A DNA stretch of 32,000 nt from Candidatus Brocadia sp. (GTDB taxonomy: Bacteria; Planctomycetota; Brocadiia; Brocadiales; Brocadiaceae): NCBI GenBank assembly GCA_021650915.1, contig CP091279.1, positions 510,001 through 542,000 of the forward strand. Reading direction: 5' to 3'. Below the pieces are notes generated by a model. That model did not search any database, was not told the origin of the DNA, and saw only the letters and a program-made list of their open reading frames with translations. Shown here piece by piece: positions 1 to 7,026 of this stretch (its first letter is position 1; every line of letters starts with the position of its first letter). The position numbers were made by a program, and so were the translations under genes.

Positions 1-2201
1 CGCAGGACGGAGAAATCGTTTATTCCTTGCCAGCATGGAGCACGATGGAAGAAACGAGCATCGGTGGCAGAAAGGCAGAAATCAGGGGAATGGCCTTTGC
101 GCCTCGAATACCCGATAGACGTATTTTCCAAATATCAAGACCGCTTGAGACATTCTTGATTTCATACCATAACCCGATATCCAATGTTGCTGCTTCCTTT
201 AGTGATGGTGCAACCACCCCATTCACCATCCACAACCAGAGATCACCCAGGAGGGGACTTGCCCTCAAGGAGGTCTTTGTCGGTGGAAAACCTGATGCAG
301 CACAGGGTGAGGAAAAGGTCGTCACCGAGGTTAATTATTTCAAAGGAAATGATCCTTCCCGATGGAAGAGGAACATCCCTGCCTATGAGGTGGTAAATCT
401 TGGAGAAGTATACAGGGGAATACACGTAAAGTTGAGGGCGTATGACAGCAATATAGAAAAACTCTTTTATCTGAAGCCACATGCAGACCCAAAGGCAATA
501 ACCATAAGACTCAGCGGAGCACATGCAATAGGCATAGATAATACCGGCCAGCTTGAGGTTGCCACAGCTTTAGGGACGGTCAAATTTACCAGGCCGATAG
601 CTTATCAGGAAATCGATGGCAAAAGGGTAGAAGTTGCGGTTGATTATCAAATCAGACGTTCGGGCGGCGGAGGTCCGAATACGGAAATAAGTCTCTCATG
701 CCAGAAATCTGAAATCGGAAATCCAGAATCTGAGGTCGAAAATGTTTACGGTTTTCGGGTAGCTTCCTACGATAAGACACAAGAACTCATTATTGATCCC
801 CTCCTTGCTTCCACCTATCTTGGCGGAGTTGAATCTGACTATGGCAGTTCCATAGCGGTGGATGCAGCTCGTAATGTCTATGTTACCGGCTATACCAACT
901 CATCTGATTTTCCCACGACTTCCGGCGCTTTTGATGTTTCCTATAACACCGGTGACGTCTTTGTATCAAAACTCAATACAGATCTCACCCATCTTCTTGC
1001 ATCTACCTTTCTGGGCGGCTCATCTGAGGATCATGTGCGTTCTATAGCCCTTGATTCGAAAAATAACGTTTACCTGGCTGGTCAAACGTCTTCGTCAAAC
1101 TTTCCCATAATTGAAGGCGCCTATGACACCACGAAAAACGGCTTTTACGATGCCTTTTTGGTTAGGTTAAGCGGGGACCTGACAAGTCTTTTGTCATCCA
1201 CGTATTTGGGAGGCTCTACCGATGAGTGCGCCAATGCTATTGTTCTGGACCAAGGCGGAATCGTTCTGTGCGTTACGGGCAGAACCTCATCGAAAAACTT
1301 TCCCATAACACCAGGCAGTTACGATGCTGATTACAAAAATGGCGATGTCTTCATAGCAAAATTCGATTGGAATTTGACTACCCTTATTGCATCTACCTAT
1401 TTAGGAGGCACGTCAAATGACTATGGAAATGCCATTGTTATAGACGCAAAGAGAAACATATATGTAGTAGGAGAGACCTGGTCATTTGACTTTCCCACGA
1501 ACGCTGACGCTTACGATGATTCATTTAACGGCGGATTTGGTGACGCCTTTATCTCAAAGTTAGACTGGGATTTAAAGCGTCTTCTCGCATCCACGTATTT
1601 AGGAGGAAGCACGGATGATTCTGGTTGTGGTATCGCCTTAGACGCCTATGACCATATTTATGTGCTTGGCCAAACTGAGTCGCCGGACTTTCCAACTACC
1701 TCCGCCGCATGTGATACCGCTTTTCATAATGGAGACGCCTTTGTGTCCAAATTGAATGATAGTTTGTCAAAACTTCTGGCATCTACTTTTTTAGGAGGGG
1801 CAGATGATGATATTGGCAATTCCATTGCCATAGGACCGGGTGACACTATTTATGTCGGTGGCTACACGGCATCATCAGATTTCCCGACAACTCCGAGTGC
1901 ATATAATATCCATAAAGGCGTCCTTTTTGATGCCTTTCTCACAAAACTTGATGGAGGTTTGACAAAAATACTTGCCTCTACTTTTTTAGGGGGAAGTTCC
2001 CGTGATATTGCGCGTTCTTTTGTAATAGATCAAAAGGGATTTATTTATACAACCGGCGAAACCCTGTCTTTAAACTTCCCTGTAACCCCCGGCGCTCATG
2101 ATACTTCTTTTAATGGCAATGGCAGGATTTCAAATGCGTACGATGCTTTTGTATCGAAACTCAATAGTTCCCTTTCTGCATCATCCGCAGCAGTGAAGTG
2201 A
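1..2201 (+). CDS. SBBP-type beta-propeller repeat protein, 5' end outside window
   Basis: The reading frame is open from nt 3 to the left edge, so TTG at 27 is only the first start-like codon. Stop is TGA 2199-2201. The N-terminal part matches the conserved pre-propeller region (NYFKGNDPSRW, YRGIHVKLRAY, PIAYQEIDGKRVEV). From about nt 798 there are seven units of ~58-60 aa with the pattern ST[YF]LGG..D.g..IA.D....YV.G.T.S.[DN]FP.T.gA.D......DAF[VIL].KL. Confidence 0.8.
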   Translation, partial: QDGEIVYSLPAWSTMEETSIGGRKAEIRGMAFAPRIPDRRIFQISRPLETFLISYHNPISNVAASFSDGATTPFTIHNQRSPRRGLALKEVFVGGKPDAAQGEEKVVTEVNYFKGNDPSRWKRNIPAYEVVNLGEVYRGIHVKLRAYDSNIEKLFYLKPHADPKAITIRLSGAHAIGIDNTGQLEVATALGTVKFTRPIAYQEIDGKRVEVAVDYQIRRSGGGGPNTEISLSCQKSEIGNPESEVENVYGFRVASYDKTQELIIDPLLASTYLGGVESDYGSSIAVDAARNVYVTGYTNSSDFPTTSGAFDVSYNTGDVFVSKLNTDLTHLLASTFLGGSSEDHVRSIALDSKNNVYLAGQTSSSNFPIIEGAYDTTKNGFYDAFLVRLSGDLTSLLSSTYLGGSTDECANAIVLDQGGIVLCVTGRTSSKNFPITPGSYDADYKNGDVFIAKFDWNLTTLIASTYLGGTSNDYGNAIVIDAKRNIYVVGETWSFDFPTNADAYDDSFNGGFGDAFISKLDWDLKRLLASTYLGGSTDDSGCGIALDAYDHIYVLGQTESPDFPTTSAACDTAFHNGDAFVSKLNDSLSKLLASTFLGGADDDIGNSIAIGPGDTIYVGGYTASSDFPTTPSAYNIHKGVLFDAFLTKLDGGLTKILASTFLGGSSRDIARSFVIDQKGFIYTTGETLSLNFPVTPGAHDTSFNGNGRISNAYDAFVSKLNSSLSASSAAVK

Positions 2202-2272
2202 TGAGCATAATACCGTCATATCATGTATGATTCGTCTTTAGACAAATTTAACAATTTATCGGTGAATGATGA

Positions 2273-2632
2273 ATGAAAAAGGCAGTGCGTGTTATTAATA
2301 CCATAGTCTACTGTAGGCGCTGGCAGGAAACGGTCTCCTTTTACCGGCACCGTTTGGGCTTCCCAGTTACGTTTGAAAACGATTGGTTCGTGGAGTTTGA
2401 AGTAACCGCTCATGTACGGATTAGTATTGCAAATGATCAGCGTGCAACGGTTAAAAGCTCCGCGGGACAAGGACTGACTCTGGCCTTTCAAGTGGAACAG
2501 GCAGACGAGATGTGGCAGGTTTTGAAGGCAAGAGGGATTGAGGTCGGTAACATTAAGGACCATCCGTGGGGCGGACGCGCCTTTTTCCTGTTTGATCCGG
2601 AAGGAAATCGTCTCGAGGTATGGTCAGCTTAA
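2273..2632 (+). CDS. VOC family (glyoxalase/bleomycin-resistance/dioxygenase fold) protein
   Basis: 119 aa. N-terminal beta-alpha-beta-beta-beta pattern (INTIVYCRRWQETVSFYRHRLGF) and C-terminal PWGGRAFFLFDPEGNRLEVW, typical of small VOC proteins. Confidence 0.8.
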   Translation: MKKAVRVINTIVYCRRWQETVSFYRHRLGFPVTFENDWFVEFEVTAHVRISIANDQRATVKSSAGQGLTLAFQVEQADEMWQVLKARGIEVGNIKDHPWGGRAFFLFDPEGNRLEVWSA

Positions 2633-2635
2633 ACC

Positions 2636-3238
2636 TCAGGCATCAAATGAAACTCCTATCCCCTGGCAATAGACATTCCACAGATGGGCGTGGATTTTCT
2701 GAGGGACAAAGTTGAAATTTTTATAAGACCACACCGTTATTGCAGACTGAATGAGTCCCATAAAGACGATTGCAGACATCTTGGGATCTATATTTTTTTT
2801 TATCAATCCCAGTCCTATTGCATTCAGGATCAATTTTTCTATCCGCCGGAGATATTTCTGTATCAGTTTTAAAATCTTTTTTCGTATAAAGGGGTCACTA
2901 AACTGCATAGCTCCCATGACGACAACAAAGGATGTTTTGCGCCGGTTTTTTGCTAAAATAAGCTGGGCAAGCAGAATGTTCTTCAGATTTTGCAGCGGGT
3001 CTCTTTCCATCAAGGCATTATCCAGGGCATCCATGAGCGTTTCCTCAACATTATCTATTAACAGACTCAATATATCTCTTTTGCTCTTAAAATGCCGATA
3101 AATAGCGCCTTTGGTAGTTCCTATTTTTTCCGCTATTTCGCTTATGGTGACATGTTCAATTCCTTTAGAAGAAATAATGTTTCGAATAATATCAACAATC
3201 TGCTGTCTCCTGATTGCCGTAGATTTTCTAATTTGCAC
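2636..3238 (-). CDS. TetR/AcrR family transcriptional regulator
   Basis: 200 aa. N-terminal HTH ISEIAEKIGTTKGAIYRHFKSKRDIL followed by a helical C-terminal ligand domain. Converges on the VOC gene with a 3-nt gap. Confidence 0.9.
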   Translation of the reverse strand: MQIRKSTAIRRQQIVDIIRNIISSKGIEHVTISEIAEKIGTTKGAIYRHFKSKRDILSLLIDNVEETLMDALDNALMERDPLQNLKNILLAQLILAKNRRKTSFVVVMGAMQFSDPFIRKKILKLIQKYLRRIEKLILNAIGLGLIKKNIDPKMSAIVFMGLIQSAITVWSYKNFNFVPQKIHAHLWNVYCQGIGVSFDA

Positions 3239-3350
3239 AGTATCTCCTTTTTATAAATCAATCACACTGAATAATGTATTGTTTGTTATTTGTATACTCA
3301 AGATGCTCATAAAATGTGAATTTTAAATTGATAATAAGGTGGCATGGACA

Positions 3351-3377
3351 AACTCTGTTTGTCCGTGTTGAACTACT
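3351..3377. repeat. Short palindromic repeat, family D (ggcaYggacaaac-NNN-gtttgtc)
   Basis: ggcatggacaaac tct gtttgtccgtg forms a ~10-bp stem with a 3-nt loop. A second copy with the same core lies at 25155-25181. Confidence 0.55.
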
Positions 3378-3594
3378 ATAAATCACAAATTGTGAGCCTG
3401 TGGAGCATATATTCAAAAATTCAGGATTTATTATAAATAAAAAATTGCCAATTGGAAATAAAACTTGAAAACGAATTAAATGGAATCAGGTATGTGATGT
3501 TGGTAAAAGAAGCCGAACGGCTTTTATGCTATTGCGGTTTGGTTGAAAGGGGGGAGATATTTTGACATTTTTGGCAAAAATTATGAATGGACAT

Positions 3595-3627
3595 AACCCT
3601 GTCAGGATTTTAAATCCTGACAGGGTT
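3595..3627. repeat. Perfect 33-bp palindrome, family E (aaccctgtcagg / cctgacagggtt)
   Basis: aaccctgtcaggattt t aaatcctgacagggtt has 16-nt perfect arms. It lies 155 nt downstream of the narK-type stop on the minus strand. A related palindrome built from the same word is at 19567-19593. Confidence 0.6.
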
Positions 3628-3782
3628 GATTCGCTTTTCCGGCTTGTTTTGGCTGGGTATCTGATTTCATAACGGAAAAAATCAAAATAGATAAGGCCAT
3701 TCGTTGTATTCACCATGGCAAACCTTAGATTCACACCAATGAATGTTAATATGCACCTAATTTCAAATCCTGCTCTGCACTT

Positions 3783-4997
3783 TCATTGCACGACATTTGC
3801 AACTTTTTTGTTTGCATCCGCAAGAGTTTTTTCCTCCATAAATGCGAGGCACATGAGGCAAACGAGGGATACGAAGATATATCCGAGAGAATAATTGTCA
3901 GTATAATCTTTTATTGTGCCTAAAATTATCGGAAGGAAGAAACCGCCAAGACCGCCTGCTGCTCCTACTAATCCACCCACGGCCCCCGTATCTTTCGGAA
4001 AATATTCTGCCACGAGTTTGTATACAACACCGTTGCCAATGCCAAGGCAGGTTCCCATAATATAGAACACCATGAGCGAGGTTACCAGTGATACGTTTAA
4101 ATTAAGGAATACCGCTATGACAAGCACAATTACGGTAAGAAACATCATTATTTTTCTTCCATTGAACCTATCGCCCAGATAGCCTCCTACAATTCTGGTG
4201 AATGACGAAAGGAACACAAATATCGACGTGAAGCTTCCGGCCTTTACCGGGGAAATATCATAAAAATCGCAGAGATATGACGGTAGCCATATCGAAAAAC
4301 ACACAAAGAATCCAAAAAACATAAAATAAAACAGGCAAAAGATCCAAGCCAGCCTGGAAGATTTGAAGAGCTTCAGCTTATCGCTTAAGGTTGAAACCTT
4401 TACATTCGGAGATTTTGGGGCATTGGAAGTAAAAAACCAGTAGACAAATGCCATGAAGAGCAGTGGAAATGCATAAATGATAAATGCCTTATTCCATCCC
4501 ATAGATTCCGCGATAAATGGCGCTCCAAACGCAGAGAGCGCAGTACCTGCATTTCCCACACCGTATACTCCTAATGCAAAGCCTTGCTTTTTCTTAGGGT
4601 ACCATTCTGAAACATGAGGGATTCCAACGGCAAATGAAGAACCTATTAAACCGAAAAAAAATCCACACACTAACAAAGAGCCATAGCTATGCGCAAAACC
4701 GGTAAAAAACAGAGACACAAACCCAAAGAGAAGCATTATCGTAAAAACGAGTCTTCCGCCATATTTGTCCGTAACAATACCCATAGGAATTTTCGCAAGG
4801 GAACCAAGTAATACCGGGGTTGCAAGTAATAATCCCACCGATGTGGAAGACAGGTTAAATTCTTCCTGAAAATATACTGCCAAGGGTGCAAACATTGTCC
4901 AACCGGCAAAACATAACGCAAATGCAAGAGTCGCAAGTATCATTACCCTTGTATTGCCATTTGGCGTTTGTATCGATTCATTCGCAGACATATTCAT
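3783..4997 (-). CDS. narK: MFS transporter, nitrate/nitrite porter (NNP, NarK-type) family
   Basis: 404 aa, about 12 hydrophobic segments. NNP signature 1 GIVTDKYGGR (G-x3-D-[RK]-x-G-G-R) and glycine-rich signature 2 GGLVGAAGGLGGFFLP. A GGGAG Shine-Dalgarno sits 7 nt upstream of the ATG at 4997. Confidence 0.8.
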   Translation of the reverse strand: MNMSANESIQTPNGNTRVMILATLAFALCFAGWTMFAPLAVYFQEEFNLSSTSVGLLLATPVLLGSLAKIPMGIVTDKYGGRLVFTIMLLFGFVSLFFTGFAHSYGSLLVCGFFFGLIGSSFAVGIPHVSEWYPKKKQGFALGVYGVGNAGTALSAFGAPFIAESMGWNKAFIIYAFPLLFMAFVYWFFTSNAPKSPNVKVSTLSDKLKLFKSSRLAWIFCLFYFMFFGFFVCFSIWLPSYLCDFYDISPVKAGSFTSIFVFLSSFTRIVGGYLGDRFNGRKIMMFLTVIVLVIAVFLNLNVSLVTSLMVFYIMGTCLGIGNGVVYKLVAEYFPKDTGAVGGLVGAAGGLGGFFLPIILGTIKDYTDNYSLGYIFVSLVCLMCLAFMEEKTLADANKKVANVVQ

Positions 4998-5224
4998 AAA
5001 AAATCTCCCGACAATGAAAAAAGTATCGTTTTGATGAAATAATTGTAATTTTTGCTGATGCTACCTCTTAAACAGCTATTAACATGAGTAATGATGCTAT
5101 CGTAAGAAAGTCCATATTCGTGCCTACTCTATGCATCCTTTTCACCGAGAAACGTTCCTGATACACCCCATGTTGACACCAGTTTGTCTTCCATAGAAAA
5201 TCTCTGCTCTTATAAAATCTTTTA

Positions 5225-6643
5225 CTACTTTAATTCCCAGGTCTTTTCTGATTTTTCAGATGATTGGTTTGCCTTGCTTTCGTCAACCTCTTTCTTTTTG
5301 TCCTCCGGGTAACTCGTATCTTCAGCTTTGAAGATGGGAAGTTCCTTTTTGAATTCAGAAATCTTGTTTTTAATGAAATCTTCATCTCTCTGCGCTACAA
5401 AGGAGCCAAAAGTCTTGAAAGGGTTGCGTATCTCGAATTTTTGCTCCCGAAGATACCCGCGTTCTCTCCTTAATTCATAACCATCCAGGATCGCTATAAT
5501 AAAACCAACCGTAAAGATGATTGTTACTCCCAGTAATGTCTTTTGAGGCAGAGATAAATTTTTAAGCATATAACCCGCGCTTAATTTTCTGTAAGTCAAT
5601 ATCGCCATTGCAAATGCCGGAATGAGCATCGCTATCATAAGTGATTTTGTCATTGAGTTAATATTATTTAAGGCGCTGAAGGCTTCATCGGCGTCAAGTT
5701 CAACTATGAGCCCCATATCAAAATCTTTCAGCCAACTCCATGCGCCTACGACTTGCAATCCGCCATAATCCCGGTAACCCTTCAGATCGTAGCCGGTTGT
5801 TTTTCCCGTGATGCATTTTTTTACTCCTTTTGTAATCATTTGACTATCAGGGTCTTCAACAACATGACACGTTTTGCAAGTATCGCCGGTATTTTTGATA
5901 AGCTCTGAAAACCTTGATTGAGTGATCATGATCCCTTCTTGATTTACCAGATAAGCTTCACCCGTCTCGCCAAATACAACGTTTTTCATGACCTGGTTCA
6001 GCACTGAAATGTCCATCCATAGGACCACGCCGCCTATCACAACACGGTTTTCATCTTTAATTGGATACGACAGAAACACTGAAGGTACATCGCCGCCTTT
6101 TTCATCCTTGATATCGTCACTATAAGCGCTATAAGAGAAATGGATTACATTCGAAAAAATTGTTTTCCCATCCTCTAAGGTTTTCTGAATATTGAGAAAT
6201 GCCATCTCTTTTGTAATATTCTTGCCAAGCATAGATATTTCATTTTCCGTCGCAACCTGAATGATACTAGCGCTGTCACAAATAAATATCCCTTTATATC
6301 CGTAATCAGCTTTTATGCATTCCAGCAGTGTTTTTAACCGGAGATACTCATGCACATTTTTCCCATTTACAAGGTTTGCAAACTTTTCATCTCCATGAAT
6401 CAATAAGGTGCTGAGAATTGCATCTGAAATAGTCCTGGCATGCGATTCTTTTTCTTGCTGCAATAAAGTTAACAAGTCTATTTGTTTATTGAGGAAGCTC
6501 TTCAGATTATTTTTTACCCCATGCTTTAACTCCGCGCTCGCCTTTGGAAATGCCATAAGTCTGAATAATACTAAGGGAAGCAACCCGAAAAGCATAAATG
6601 TAAGAATGACCATGACCACCCGATTTTTTAATATGCGAATCAT
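5225..6643 (-). CDS. Membrane sensor with extracytoplasmic Cache-type (probably double-Cache) domain, CXXCH motif, no recognizable output domain
   Basis: 472 aa. N-terminal TM, ~290-aa sensor region, two further TM segments, then an ~85-aa charged tail. Clear paralog of the sensor part of the 13331-15619 protein (DYGYKGIFICD/EYGYKGVFVCN, GEAYLVNQEGIMITQSRF/GETYLVNKDGYMITESRF, GYRDYGGLQVVGAWSW/GYKDYSGLTVLGVWRW). No HAMP, HisKA, HATPase, GGDEF, EAL or MCP motifs seen. Confidence 0.75.
   Translation of the reverse strand: MIRILKNRVVMVILTFMLFGLLPLVLFRLMAFPKASAELKHGVKNNLKSFLNKQIDLLTLLQQEKESHARTISDAILSTLLIHGDEKFANLVNGKNVHEYLRLKTLLECIKADYGYKGIFICDSASIIQVATENEISMLGKNITKEMAFLNIQKTLEDGKTIFSNVIHFSYSAYSDDIKDEKGGDVPSVFLSYPIKDENRVVIGGVVLWMDISVLNQVMKNVVFGETGEAYLVNQEGIMITQSRFSELIKNTGDTCKTCHVVEDPDSQMITKGVKKCITGKTTGYDLKGYRDYGGLQVVGAWSWLKDFDMGLIVELDADEAFSALNNINSMTKSLMIAMLIPAFAMAILTYRKLSAGYMLKNLSLPQKTLLGVTIIFTVGFIIAILDGYELRRERGYLREQKFEIRNPFKTFGSFVAQRDEDFIKNKISEFKKELPIFKAEDTSYPEDKKKEVDESKANQSSEKSEKTWELK
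5864..5878 (-). other. CXXCH (C-K-T-C-H) candidate c-type heme attachment motif inside the Cache domain
   Basis: Minus-strand codons TGC AAA ACG TGT CAT were read directly from the DNA (context TGDTCKTCHVVEDP). The paralog has KKRCALELK at the aligned position, with no CXXCH. Confidence 0.6.
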
Positions 6644-7026
6644 TATTTTACCCTTTCTAAGGTAAACTACCTTTTTTCCCGAATTTGACTTTTTATTAAA
6701 TTCAATACGTGCGCTTCAATATCGTTTCTTTTAAAAGCGTCACAGTTGGCTCAGTTGGCTATTTCACGTCAACTTATGTAAATGTGTCAAATTATAAACT
6801 ATCAGATAATTTTTGTCAATGGTATGGATACGAATGTGTACGAATACGAAGGATCACCTCTGTTTGAAATGAGGTGAGAAGAAGTTAAAGACCATCATGG
6901 GATTGTTTCGTTTTTTAACGGGGGCCTTTGTTATAAAAAACAGGAACAATGCACATGGCAATCAAAAGGGTATAAGTCAGGTATGGAGTGGAAGAAGATT
7001 TTGGATTGATTTGCTCTTAAAGATGA

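Noticed and set aside
27-325. TTG at nt 27 as the start of the first gene, and the antisense ORF 20-325
   Set aside because: The frame is open to the window edge and the upstream residues still look like part of the conserved N-domain, so the gene is truncated by the window. The antisense ORF lies entirely inside it and has no supporting features.
3486-3734. 82-aa minus-strand ORF
   Set aside because: It is a read-through of the 33-bp palindrome (translates as LSGFKILTGL). It has no RBS and lies in an intergenic region. Most likely spurious.
5173-5201. Plus-strand TTGACA followed by A-rich hexamers (possible antisense promoter)
   Set aside because: No acceptable -10 hexamer sits at 16-18 nt spacing, and it would drive transcription antisense into the Cache gene. 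Treated as chance.
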